A stretch of DNA of 64,000 nt from an uncultured delta proteobacterium (GCA_963826785.1 CAWGYD010000001.1:352001-416000), one strand, 5' to 3'; positions 29,285 to 40,113 are shown, counted from the stretch's first letter. Notes: generated from the sequence alone by a model not told the origin. Translations and numbers: made by a program.

Positions 29285-31693
29285 ATGCAAAGAAGAATCA
29301 GGAAGGTAGCCGTCATCGGTTCCGGTATCATGGGCGGGGGGATCGCTGCCCTTCTTGCCAGTGCCGGAGTGGAAGTCCTGCTGTTGGACATCGTACCATT
29401 CGATTTAAAGGAAGAGGAAAAAAACAATCCGAAGGCCAGAAACCGGATCGTTCAGGGCGGCCTGGATGCCACCGTTAAATCAAAACCGCCGCTGTTCATG
29501 GACAAAAAAAATGATCTGGCCCTGGTATCCACCGGCAACCTGGAAGACGACATCGACAAACTGTCCGACTGCGACTGGATCGTCGAGGTGGTGGTGGAGA
29601 ACCTGAATATCAAGAAAAACCTGTTCAAGAAGATCGAAGGCGTCCGGAAAAAGGGAACCATTGTCAGCTCAAACACCTCCGGTATTCCGCTCAAAGACAT
29701 GTCGGCCGATTTGAACCCGGAAATGCGGCAGCACTTCCTGGGCACCCATTTTTTCAATCCCGTCCGCTACATGCATCTCCTCGAGATCATCGCCGGTGAG
29801 GAAACCCTGCCGGAAGTTTTAGATTTCATGGCCGATTTTGGTGAAAAAATGCTTGGCAAGGGAATCGTCTGGGCAAAAGACACCCCCAACTTCATCGGCA
29901 ACCGCATCGGCGTCCAGGGCATCGGCATGGCCATGCAGGCCATGCTGGAGCATGACATGACCATCCCGGAAGTGGATGCCCTGTTCGGTCCTCCCATGGG
30001 CCGGCCCAAGACCGCAATTTTCAAGACCTCCGACCTGGTGGGTCTGGACACCATGAAGCACGTGTCCGACAACTGCTATGAGTTGTGCCCCAATGATGAA
30101 ATGCGCGACACCATGAAAGTGCCGGATTTTGTCAACAAGATGGTGGAAAACAAGCAGCTGGGAAACAAGACCAAGGGCGGTTTTTACAAGAAGGAGCTGA
30201 CCCCGGAATGGAAGCAGATCCGCAAGGTCATCAATCCCAAGACCGGCGAATATGAGGAATACGGCAAGCCCGATTTCCCCTGCCTCGCCGAAGCCAAAAA
30301 AGCCGCCACCCTGCCTGAAAAAATGAAGGCCATCGTCTACGGTGACGACAAGGGTGCCAAGTACGCCTGGGATGTGGTGGCCAACGGCATGATCTACTCC
30401 GCCAACCGGATTCCCGAAATCTCCGACACCATCGTGGACATCGACAATGCCATGAAGTGGGGCTACAACTGGGAACTGGGCCCGTTTGAATCCTGGGATG
30501 CCATCGGCGTGAAAAAATCCGTGGAGAAAATGGAGAAAGACGGCCGCAACGTTCCGGAAAAGGTCAAGAAGATGCTGGCCTCCGGCAATGAAACCTTCTA
30601 CAAGCTGGAAGGCAGCCAGCGCATGTTCTATGATTTCGCCTCCGGTTCCTACAAACCCGTGCCCACCAATGCCAAGCAGATCATCCTGGCCGACCTGAAG
30701 GCCGACAACAAGGTGGTCAAATCCGTTCCCTCCTGCTCGCTCATCGACCTGGGTGACGGCGTGTTCGACCTGGAATTCCATTCCAAGATGAACGCCATCA
30801 ACAAGGAAATGGTCGATTTCATGATGGAAGCCGGTGAATACGTCCTGGAAAACGGCGTCGGCATGGTGATCGGCAACCAGGCTTCGGGCATGCCCGCACC
30901 GTTCTCCGCGGGCGGCGATCTTGCCTACATGCTGGGCCTGGCCAAGGCCGGCAAATTTTCCGAAATCGATGATTTCATCAAGAACGTGCACAAGGGCATC
31001 ATGGGCACCAAGTATGCACCGTACCCGGTGGTGGCGGCCCCCTACGGCCTGGCCCTGGGCGGCGGATGCGAAGTCTGCCTGGCAGCCGACAAGATCGTGG
31101 CCCACGCGGACCTGTTCATGGGGCTGGTGGAAATCGGCGCGGGTCTGGTCCCCGGCGGCTGCGGCATGATCAACCTGTGGCAGAATTACGTCAATGCGAA
31201 GCCGGAAGCGGCCAGCCTGACCGACCTGGGCGGCTTCTTTATCCAGGCTTTCATGAACGTGGCCCAGGCCAAGGTGTCCAATTCCGCGGCGGACGCCCGG
31301 AACAAGGGCTTCCTGCGGGCAACGGACCGGATCGTGTACAACCGGGATTTCCTCATCGGCGAAGCCAAGAAGGAAGTCTTGAAGATGGTGGACGACGGTT
31401 ATGTCGCGCCCCGGAAGAAGGATGTCACCGTATTCGGCCGGGAAGCGCACGGCATGCTGTGGGCTGAGATGCTCAACATGAAATCCGGCGGCTACATCAC
31501 TCCGCACATGGAATTCATCGCCAAGAAGGCGGCATTCTGCATGTCCGGCGGCGATGTGCCTTCAGGGACCAAGGTCAGTGAAGATTACCTGCAGACGCTG
31601 GAAAGAGAAGCGTTTGTGGATTTGTGGAAGACTGAAAACACCCAGAAGATGGCCGAGAGCATGATGACCACCGGCAAGCCGTTGTTCCTTTAA
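29285..31693 (+). CDS. fadN: 3-hydroxyacyl-CoA dehydrogenase / enoyl-CoA hydratase (FadN-type)
   Basis: GSGIMG, SNTSG and HFFNP...LLE; C-terminal crotonase motifs ALGGGCE and GLVE. Confidence 0.92.
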   Translation: MQRRIRKVAVIGSGIMGGGIAALLASAGVEVLLLDIVPFDLKEEEKNNPKARNRIVQGGLDATVKSKPPLFMDKKNDLALVSTGNLEDDIDKLSDCDWIVEVVVENLNIKKNLFKKIEGVRKKGTIVSSNTSGIPLKDMSADLNPEMRQHFLGTHFFNPVRYMHLLEIIAGEETLPEVLDFMADFGEKMLGKGIVWAKDTPNFIGNRIGVQGIGMAMQAMLEHDMTIPEVDALFGPPMGRPKTAIFKTSDLVGLDTMKHVSDNCYELCPNDEMRDTMKVPDFVNKMVENKQLGNKTKGGFYKKELTPEWKQIRKVINPKTGEYEEYGKPDFPCLAEAKKAATLPEKMKAIVYGDDKGAKYAWDVVANGMIYSANRIPEISDTIVDIDNAMKWGYNWELGPFESWDAIGVKKSVEKMEKDGRNVPEKVKKMLASGNETFYKLEGSQRMFYDFASGSYKPVPTNAKQIILADLKADNKVVKSVPSCSLIDLGDGVFDLEFHSKMNAINKEMVDFMMEAGEYVLENGVGMVIGNQASGMPAPFSAGGDLAYMLGLAKAGKFSEIDDFIKNVHKGIMGTKYAPYPVVAAPYGLALGGGCEVCLAADKIVAHADLFMGLVEIGAGLVPGGCGMINLWQNYVNAKPEAASLTDLGGFFIQAFMNVAQAKVSNSAADARNKGFLRATDRIVYNRDFLIGEAKKEVLKMVDDGYVAPRKKDVTVFGREAHGMLWAEMLNMKSGGYITPHMEFIAKKAAFCMSGGDVPSGTKVSEDYLQTLEREAFVDLWKTENTQKMAESMMTTGKPLFL

Positions 31694-31730
31694 TGTTCGT
31701 ATACATAAATTATTTCAGGAGGAAACACTC

Positions 31731-32936
<1,206 letters not shown>

Positions 32937-33053
32937 TCCATCAAAACAAATGCCGGGGGGGCACAACGCCCTCCCGGTAAATCCCCGATGAGCGGGGTTT
33001 ACCCCCGCTCCGCGCTGGCCTGATTCATCTGAATCGGGACACAAACTGCAAGA

Positions 33054-33090
33054 GCAAAGGGCCGCTTTTTCCCAAAAGCGGCCCTTTTGC
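33054..33090 (+). terminator. Rho-independent terminator
   Basis: AAAGGGCCGCTTTT...AAAAGCGGCCCTTTT. Confidence 0.8.
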
Positions 33091-33287
33091 TTCTCGATGC
33101 TGCAGTATCAATAGAAGACCTAAATTTTTCTTGAAAAACAAAAAATCCTGCCCTATTGCTTAATTATTATTTTCTTCGGCACCGGGGGATTTTACGCCAA
33201 TACCCATGGGCGGTATTTCAAAAAATGGCATGCTGTAAGTATTTTCCGGCCCGTCCTCTTTTCATCTTTTCATAAAGGATTCAGTTG

Positions 33288-33566
33288 ATGAAGCTTTACG
33301 TCGGCAATCTCGCCTACTCCGTCACGGAGTCGGACCTCAGCACAATGTTTGGTGAGTTCGGTGAAGTTTTAAGCGCAAAAGTCATTACGGATCGTTTTAC
33401 GGGCAAATCAAAGGGATTCGGCTTCGTGGAAATGGCGAACAAGGAGCAGGGCGAAAGTGCGATTGCCGCGCTTAACGGCAAGTCACATGATTCCAGGGAC
33501 ATGGTGGTCAACGAAGCCCGTCCCCAGGCGAAAAAAGAGTTCAAATCCGGCCCCAAGCGCTGGTAA
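33288..33566 (+). CDS. RRM-domain RNA-binding protein
   Basis: RNP2 LYVGNL and RNP1 KGFGFVEM. Confidence 0.95.
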   Translation: MKLYVGNLAYSVTESDLSTMFGEFGEVLSAKVITDRFTGKSKGFGFVEMANKEQGESAIAALNGKSHDSRDMVVNEARPQAKKEFKSGPKRW

Positions 33567-33616
33567 TTGCCGATGGTCTCGGCCTTGGCCGCTATTCTGT
33601 AGAAACGTAAGCGTCA

Positions 33617-33651
33617 AAAGGGGACTGCTGTCTTCAACGGTCCCCTTTCTT
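33617..33651 (+). terminator. Rho-independent terminator
   Basis: AAAGGGGACTG...CGGTCCCCTTT followed by a T-rich tail. Confidence 0.7.
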
Positions 33652-33700
33652 GTAATTCGCAGAAAACGCTGCGCACTGGATCAATTCAAGAGGAGCCGGC

Positions 33701-33916
33701 ATGGAAGTATGTACCTTAAATGAGTTTATGAAATCTATCCAGCCCTGGATCTCCGAGCAATATATTCGCAAAGCCTACCTGGATAATAACGGTGACTTCG
33801 TTCTGGCCTTCACGGACGGAGTGAAAAATGTCTACCGGGTGGCGGAATGTTCCCGGGACCAGCTGGTGGAGATACTCAAGGACATGGAGAAAGATGGAAT
33901 TGAGGTGTCCTTTTGA
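33701..33916 (+). CDS. Small hypothetical protein (71 aa)
   Basis: AGGAG RBS; TGATG coupling to the next gene. Confidence 0.7.
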   Translation: MEVCTLNEFMKSIQPWISEQYIRKAYLDNNGDFVLAFTDGVKNVYRVAECSRDQLVEILKDMEKDGIEVSF

Positions 33917-34515
33917 TGAAGGCTCAGCTGCGATCCGCCGCGGCGTCCGTTTACATCACCATAGAAGCGATCGGCGACATACTGCTGCGGAAGAGCAGCC
34001 GCGCAAAGCACCTGCATCTGAGCATCCGGCCGTATGATGGGATCCAGGTGGCGGTGCCGGAAAACGTGACGTTTGAGGCCGCGGAAAAATTCGTCCGCTC
34101 AAAAACGGACTGGCTCAAAAAACATCTCCCCAAAATCCAGGCACTGGAAGCCGGGGCCGACCGGCTGCGGCAGGAATCGGTCATGGACCGCAAAACCGCC
34201 CGGGGCATCATCGTTGCCCGCCTGCAGGTACTCGCCGAAACATCGGGGTTTTCCTACAACCGGGTCTATGTCCGATCTCAGAAAACCCGGTGGGGAAGCT
34301 GTTCGGAGAAGAACAACATCAACCTGAACATCGCCCTGGCCTACCTCCCCCGGGAATTGATGGATTACACGATTTATCATGAACTGGTGCATACCCGTAT
34401 CAAAAATCACGGCCGCGGATTCTGGCAGGAACTGGAGAGACATGTTCCCGGTGCCAGGCAACTGGACCGTAAACTCTGCCGGTATCAGGCGGTTCTGTAT
34501 CTGAACAACCCTTAA
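33916..34515 (+). CDS. YgjP/DUF45-type metal-dependent hydrolase
   Basis: QKTRWGSCS, HELVH and NHGRGFW motifs. Confidence 0.9.
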   Translation: MKAQLRSAAASVYITIEAIGDILLRKSSRAKHLHLSIRPYDGIQVAVPENVTFEAAEKFVRSKTDWLKKHLPKIQALEAGADRLRQESVMDRKTARGIIVARLQVLAETSGFSYNRVYVRSQKTRWGSCSEKNNINLNIALAYLPRELMDYTIYHELVHTRIKNHGRGFWQELERHVPGARQLDRKLCRYQAVLYLNNP

Positions 34516-34533
34516 TGTTTAATGAGGAGAGAC

Positions 34534-34755
34534 ATGGCGGAAGGCAAGATCACCCAATCCATGGCGAAGTTCTGCAAGGACACCTGCCCGGTCTGCACAC
34601 GGGCACGGGAAAACGGCCAGGGAATTCTGTATCAGCTGACCCGGGTCGAAGAGCACGTATGCCCGGCCTGCCGGTCCTACAAGAAAGTGTACGGGGTGCC
34701 GGCCCATGAAAAGATCGTAAAAAAGACCCGCGCCCGGCGAAAGAAGAAAAAGTAG
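34534..34755 (+). CDS. Small Cys-rich hypothetical protein
   Basis: GAGGAG RBS; CKDTCPVC...CPAC; basic tail. Confidence 0.7.
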   Translation: MAEGKITQSMAKFCKDTCPVCTRARENGQGILYQLTRVEEHVCPACRSYKKVYGVPAHEKIVKKTRARRKKKK

Positions 34756-34894
34756 CCCGGCTTCGTTGACCCTGCCGCTGCAGATTCCTATTATTTTACA
34801 AGATAGTCTCTATACACAAATGAGATAATTTGCCCGATTCGCGGGGTGTGGATGCGGATATGAACTGCACGTTTCCATAAAAAGGGGGGACTTT

Positions 34895-35512
34895 ATGGCT
34901 GTGATCACGATTGCACGCCAGTTCGGGGCCGGCGGGCAGACCGTCGGGCGGATGGTCGCTTCGCGGTTGGACTATCTTTTTCTCGATGATGCCATCATCC
35001 AGGAAATTTCCAGAAAAACCCGGGTGACCCAAGGGGCGGTCAAGGGAATGGAGTCGATGGCCGGCGGGTTTATTTCCCGCGTCATTACCGGCGCCATCAG
35101 CCGCAGCTATATGGAGCGGCTGATGGGTGACCGTGCGGGCTACATGGATGAAAACATCTATGTGGAAACACTGATTGCCGTCATCCGCGAATTTGCGGAA
35201 AAAGACAACGTGGTGCTCCTGGGGCGGGGCGGACAGTACGTCTTAAGGGATTTTGAAAATGCATACCATTTTCTGCTGGTGGCGGGAAAAGAGGATCGCA
35301 TCCGTTTTATGAAGAACACCTATCACCTTTCCGAATCCAATGCAGCCGGGGCCGTTGCGGACGGCAGCAAGCGGCGGGCCAACCTCTACTCCAAATTCGG
35401 AAGGACTGACTACAATGATCCGTCCCTTTACCACCTGATCTTAAACATGAGCAGGATCAGCGTTGAGCAGGCGGTTTTGCAAATCTGCAGCCTGGTGCAA
35501 AAGAGTTCCTGA
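34895..35512 (+). CDS. Cytidylate kinase-like family protein
   Basis: ITIARQFGAGG, VLLGRGG and YHLILN motifs. Confidence 0.88.
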   Translation: MAVITIARQFGAGGQTVGRMVASRLDYLFLDDAIIQEISRKTRVTQGAVKGMESMAGGFISRVITGAISRSYMERLMGDRAGYMDENIYVETLIAVIREFAEKDNVVLLGRGGQYVLRDFENAYHFLLVAGKEDRIRFMKNTYHLSESNAAGAVADGSKRRANLYSKFGRTDYNDPSLYHLILNMSRISVEQAVLQICSLVQKSS

Positions 35513-35538
35513 ACGAAACGAACTTTTTGCCCGAAAGT

Positions 35539-35862
35539 TCAGCAACAGGCTGACCGCGATTTCTTCCCTGCTTGCGTCGGTTCGATCACACAGCAGCATT
35601 CCGAACCTGAGCGGCCCAGAAACGAGTTGATGACCGCGGCCGCACACCCGACCCCGGCATCGACCCGGATCGCGTCCGCCGGGCAGTTTTTGGCGCAGGC
35701 CCCGCATTCCATGCAGGCATCCCGGTCCGCAATTTTAGCGCAGCCGTTTTCCAATTGAAAAACCGCGTGCGGACAGACCACCGTGCACATGCCGCAGCCC
35801 ACACAGGCACCTTCATCCAGTTTCAGTGTAACCACATCTTTCAGGTACTTCATCTCGTTCAT
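35539..35862 (-). CDS. hgcB: Mercury methylation ferredoxin HgcB
   Basis: Two CxxCxxCxxxCP motifs including CMECGAC; GVGCAAA; C-terminal vicinal cysteines; starts 16 bp after the hgcA stop. Confidence 0.95.
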   Translation of the reverse strand: MNEMKYLKDVVTLKLDEGACVGCGMCTVVCPHAVFQLENGCAKIADRDACMECGACAKNCPADAIRVDAGVGCAAAVINSFLGRSGSECCCVIEPTQAGKKSRSACC

Positions 35863-35878
35863 TGTTTCTCATTGTTTT

Positions 35879-37048
35879 TTACATCTTTAAGGCGAAACCC
35901 ACCCACAGGATCAGGCCTGCGGCGGCGGCTGCGATCTGTGCCGGAACCGCCCGCTTCATTTCTTTTCTGACCCCGGAAAGCGACGTGTAGGTGGATGATC
36001 CGGTAAAATTCATTCCCAGAAAAGAACCTGCCGCCGCGGCCATCAGGGCCAGTGCGGCAAACGGCATCAGTGGGGGCAGACTTCCGGAGAGGCCGTCCCA
36101 CAGGAACATTACCGTGACCGCACAAACAAACCCTGCGGCGGCACCCTTGACGGAAAAGGACCTCCCGGGAAGCCACGGCAACAGCAGCGGGGTGAGCACC
36201 GTTCCCCCGGCCAGGCCCCCGACCAGAACAGCCAGGGCAAACAATCCCGCCCGGGGATCAAACGAATCCATCGGGGAAATCAGGCCGCCCAGGAGGAACA
36301 GAACGGGAGCAGCCAGCAAAACCCATTTCAAGGTCGGGACCAGCTCCATGGGGATCAGGGCCGCGCGTTCGGCGATGGGAAATGTTTTGCGCCGCATCTG
36401 CGGCGTGGCTTTTTCCCCGCAGTCCAGGAAGCGCGGGAGATCGGCAGCCTCCACCGGACCGTAAACAACCGAGAATCCGGATTGTTTCTTCACCATGTGG
36501 GCGGCGATTCCGGGAGCGCCCAACTGCGGCAGGATCAGCTTCCGGTGACTGACCACGGTGGAAAGTCCGCTGGCCCGGATTCGCAAAACCAGTTCATCCG
36601 TGCCGAAAGTGCCTTTTCCTGCGGCGCACCAGACATTGATGCCCCGGGTGTCCAGCACCAGCATCCATGCAGGGCGGCCGGAAAGCTGCGATCGGAGCCG
36701 GTCAAAGCTCATCTTGTAGTTGGCTGTCACCAGGACGGGGGACTGTTCATCCGGATTTCCGGCGGCATACAGCCCGGGGTCCACGGTATAGGTCATGCGG
36801 CCGATTCCCCACCGGGCTTTGACGGTGCCCCACCGGTCCGCAGGCTCAAGTGCGGTGGGAATCCGGGGGATCGGTCCGGATGCGGTTTCCACCTTTCCCA
36901 TGACAAAAGGCTGCGTTGCGCGGGGGCGTTCAAACTGAACCCGCTTCCGGGGCGGTCAGCAGGAAGCGGAGGAAGCCGGCTGGATTTCAGCCTCGTTTAC
37001 GGTCGCCGCAATATTGACCGGAAATTCATTCATGTCGGTTTTGGCCAT
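35879..37048 (-). CDS. hgcA: Mercury methylation corrinoid protein HgcA, probable selenoprotein (Cys30-Sec31)
   Basis: TANYKMSFD, cap-helix GINVWCAAGKGTFG, LPQLGAPG, C-terminal TM domain with NFTGSSTYTSLSGV; frame extends to ATG 37048 through one TGA at 36958-36956. Confidence 0.93.
36920..36958 (-). promoter_or_regulatory. Candidate bacterial SECIS element after the in-frame UGA of hgcA
   Basis: mRNA UGA-CCGCCCCGGAA-GCGG-GUUCA-GUU-UGAAC-GCCC-CCGC; the apical loop starts with GU 20 nt after UGA. Confidence 0.7.
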
Positions 37049-37078
37049 TTCATTGTCCTGGATATGTTTTTACAAGGT

Positions 37079-37140
37079 ATTCGAATCCGCCTGGATCCGT
37101 TCCGGGAACACTATTTTAAGACATTTTCCGCTATTTTCAA
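37079..37140 (-). promoter_or_regulatory. Putative hgcAB promoter and downstream imperfect palindrome
   Basis: TTGAAA-16-TAAAAT (37140-37113); ATTCG-N8-TGGAT at 37079-37096. Confidence 0.45.
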
Positions 37141-37297
37141 GATCAATCGTTATTTCGGCGGCCGCACTTGCTTCTTTCAGAACATATTTCCGAGGGGGGA
37201 TGCAACCCCCTTTTTTGCGGCTTTGCGAGAGAAAATTTCGCGTTTCATTTCATGGAAACGATCGGTGGCGTGAGCGGATCACCGGATGGGAATTTTT

Positions 37298-38713
37298 TTA
37301 CCGGGCAGGGGAGGCGCTTTCGGAATGGATTGAATTTCCGGTCGGTGACCGCTGATCCAAATGAAAGCAGCTTCCGGGTATGGATTTGACCCGCTTTTTG
37401 ACTTCGGCGCAGGCATCGTTGACCTCCAGGTACTGCCGGAAAGCCTGTTGGGACAGGTCCACCCCGGCCAGGCTGATGCTCATGATGGGAAAGACCATGT
37501 TGCGCTCCTGGCGGTCCTTGGCGGCGATGCATCCCGATTGGGCGTCCTTCTGGTCGTAAAAACGGGTGATTCCGTCGTCGAACCGGCGGATGATCTCCTC
37601 GCATACCCGCCGGCACTGATCGGAGCCGATCAGCAGGATGAAATCGTCTCCGCCGATATGGCCGATAAACCCTTGCTGCCCGTTATGTCCGGCGATGACG
37701 TCCTTGAAGATACCCGCGGTAAACCGGATCACGTCATCCCCCCGGGCAAATCCGTACTTGTCGTTGAAGGGTTTGAAGAAATCAAGGTCTGCATGGATGA
37801 CGCAGATGTCATGATTTTCTGATAGCGCCTGGTTGATCGCTTCGGCAACGGAGTTATTTCCCGGCAGGCCCGTGTTGGGATTGGCATCAAGGGCAAGGCG
37901 GTTGAGCATTTCCAGTTCAAGCATGGCAGTGCGGAGATTCAGGTGATTTTTCACCCGGACCTTGACGATTTGCGGGTTGATGGGTTTGATGACATAATCG
38001 ATGGCGCCGATGTCCAGGCCGCGGTATTCATCCGCTCCTTCATGCAGGGCGGTGATAAAGATCACTGGAATGTCCCTGGTTTTCGGGTTGGTCTTGAGCA
38101 GTTTACAGACGGCATACCCATCCATATCCGGCATCATGATATCGAGCAGGATCAGGTCCGGCGCGTTTTGCGCCACCATCCTGAGCCCCTGCCGACCGTT
38201 TTCGGCCACCAGTGTCTCGTATTCGGATCCCAGAACATCCACCAGGATGTCAATGGTGAGCGGATCATCGTCTACGATCAGGATTCTGTGCCTTGCCTTG
38301 GCCATTCGGTGCGCCGGCGGTGCGAATTTTTTTTCTTCCGTCTCGTTGCGCCTGATTCGGCTGATCGAACCCAGGACTTCAGCAAGCGCATCGTTGAATC
38401 GGGTGATGGTGCCGCTGTTTGCCGTCAGGTTCCCGTCAGCGGCCGCTTGTTCGAGGTCTGCCGCCGCGTGCTGCAGGGATTGTGCGCCGAAGATCGCAGC
38501 GACCCCCTTGATGGAATGGGCCGTGCGGCGCACCCATTTTAAATTATTTTTTTCACAGGCTCTCGTCATCAAGCGTACGGTCTGCCCGTATTCATGGTCA
38601 AACGTCTGGAGAAGAGAAATGCAAAGGTCATTGTTCCCCTTGAACCACCTCTGCATCTTTTCCATATTGATGCCCGGCAAGTGAGCGGGCAAATCGCCTG
38701 ACTGATTTTGCAT
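37298..38713 (-). CDS. Hpt-REC-GGDEF signalling protein
   Basis: AHSIKG (Hpt); IVDDD, LLDIMMP and KP (receiver); FKPFNDKYG and GHIGGDDF. Confidence 0.88.
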   Translation of the reverse strand: MQNQSGDLPAHLPGINMEKMQRWFKGNNDLCISLLQTFDHEYGQTVRLMTRACEKNNLKWVRRTAHSIKGVAAIFGAQSLQHAAADLEQAAADGNLTANSGTITRFNDALAEVLGSISRIRRNETEEKKFAPPAHRMAKARHRILIVDDDPLTIDILVDVLGSEYETLVAENGRQGLRMVAQNAPDLILLDIMMPDMDGYAVCKLLKTNPKTRDIPVIFITALHEGADEYRGLDIGAIDYVIKPINPQIVKVRVKNHLNLRTAMLELEMLNRLALDANPNTGLPGNNSVAEAINQALSENHDICVIHADLDFFKPFNDKYGFARGDDVIRFTAGIFKDVIAGHNGQQGFIGHIGGDDFILLIGSDQCRRVCEEIIRRFDDGITRFYDQKDAQSGCIAAKDRQERNMVFPIMSISLAGVDLSQQAFRQYLEVNDACAEVKKRVKSIPGSCFHLDQRSPTGNSIHSESASPAR

Positions 38714-39018
38714 GCGCAATTTTCTCACAAAAAATGAATTTATATTTTGAATTGAAAAGAACCGGTGGAGACGATGAGAAGCATGGGCGGAAAAACCGCA
38801 GCATGCATATTAGATGAAATTACAAACTTACACCAAAATTCTAAAAATGCAATATCAGAGTGCGTTTTCCAAACAAATGCAAGGATTTTTGCAGATAAAA
38901 CCATAAAATGCAAATCCACTTTTGGTTTGATAAATATCACTATCCGGTATATCGGAGTTGGTTGATTCGATCGGCATCATGCCGTTAAATCGCAAGCAAG
39001 CTGTATGGAAGGGATAAG

Positions 39019-40104
39019 ATGATGGGCGATTCTCAAGTCAAGATCGGGATGTTGGATATCCGGGATCGCATCGGCGGGATGGTGGATGATCTTTTTCTGA
39101 TGCTCCCGAAGATGATCCGGCCCTTTATTCCCCTGCCGGACATGGACCGCAAGCTTTACGAGCGCCAGATCGACTTTTATTTCGATGCCGGGTACGTGGA
39201 CTCGCCTGTCGATTTTTTCAGGCTGCCCGAGGCGGTTCCGGAGGCCAGGGTCGTCTCGAGCACCCCCTTTTTGAGTGGAAAGCGTGAAGTTTATGCCTTT
39301 GACAGCGGTTATGAACCGGCAAACCCCCTGGTGGCCGACCGTTTTTCCGCTTTTTCCGAAAACAGGACCGCTTACCTGGTGAAGTGGTCCCATGGGGAGG
39401 AAGGCCGGAAAACCGTTCTCTGTCTGCACGGCTACATGCTGGGTGACCCGGACCAGGCCGAAAAGATGTTCAATGTCGCCCGGCTGCATCAGATGGGCCT
39501 GGACGTGGCGCTGTTCATATCGCCCTTTCACTGGCGGCGGGCGCCGGAATCGAAGGTGCATCGGGGCATTTTCCTGCAGCCCAATGACGTGGTCATGACG
39601 TGTGAATGTTTCGGTCAGGCCATGCACGACCTTTACCGCTCCATGCGATTCCTCAGGAGCCGCGGGGCGGCAGATATCGGCATTATCGGGGCCAGTCTGG
39701 GCGGCTACAACGCCGGACTGATCGCTGCATTGACCGATGCCGCTTTTTTTTCCGCATTGATGGTGCCGGCCGTGCAATTTACCGGGGGAAATTTCACCCC
39801 GGAAGCGGTCCGGCATCCTTTTCCCATAGAGGCCGAATTCATGGATCGGATCATGCAGGTATGGACGCTGCATTCACCGCTCAATTTCATGCCGAAGATC
39901 TCGAAGGAGCGGATTCTGGTCATCGCCTCAAAGGGAGATCAGCTGTGCCCCTTCGAACATGTGCTTGCCCTGTGCAGAAAATGGGGATGGCCCCCCCACC
40001 TGTTCATGACCGGCGGCCACTGGCTGATGTTTGATGCCAAGGCCCGGGGGCGGATGTGGTACCGCTTCCTGTCCGACATGGGATTTGTGTCCGAAGCCCC
40101 CTGA
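39019..40104 (+). CDS. Alpha/beta hydrolase
   Basis: LHG oxyanion motif, GASLGG nucleophile elbow, GDQL and GGH. Confidence 0.82.
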   Translation: MMGDSQVKIGMLDIRDRIGGMVDDLFLMLPKMIRPFIPLPDMDRKLYERQIDFYFDAGYVDSPVDFFRLPEAVPEARVVSSTPFLSGKREVYAFDSGYEPANPLVADRFSAFSENRTAYLVKWSHGEEGRKTVLCLHGYMLGDPDQAEKMFNVARLHQMGLDVALFISPFHWRRAPESKVHRGIFLQPNDVVMTCECFGQAMHDLYRSMRFLRSRGAADIGIIGASLGGYNAGLIAALTDAAFFSALMVPAVQFTGGNFTPEAVRHPFPIEAEFMDRIMQVWTLHSPLNFMPKISKERILVIASKGDQLCPFEHVLALCRKWGWPPHLFMTGGHWLMFDAKARGRMWYRFLSDMGFVSEAP

Positions 40105-40113
40105 AGAAGATCT

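Noticed and set aside
29819..31507. 562-aa antisense ORF (similarly 2714-3796, 41256-42491, 42397-43737, 48411-50003)
   Set aside because: These are shadow ORFs opposite well-supported genes, expected from strong GC3 bias, with no recognisable motifs
35879..36901. hgcA as the acetyl-CoA synthase corrinoid subunit AcsC
   Set aside because: It has the cap-helix Cys motif, a C-terminal TM domain and adjacent hgcB, and lacks the AcsC Fe-S and TIM-barrel regions
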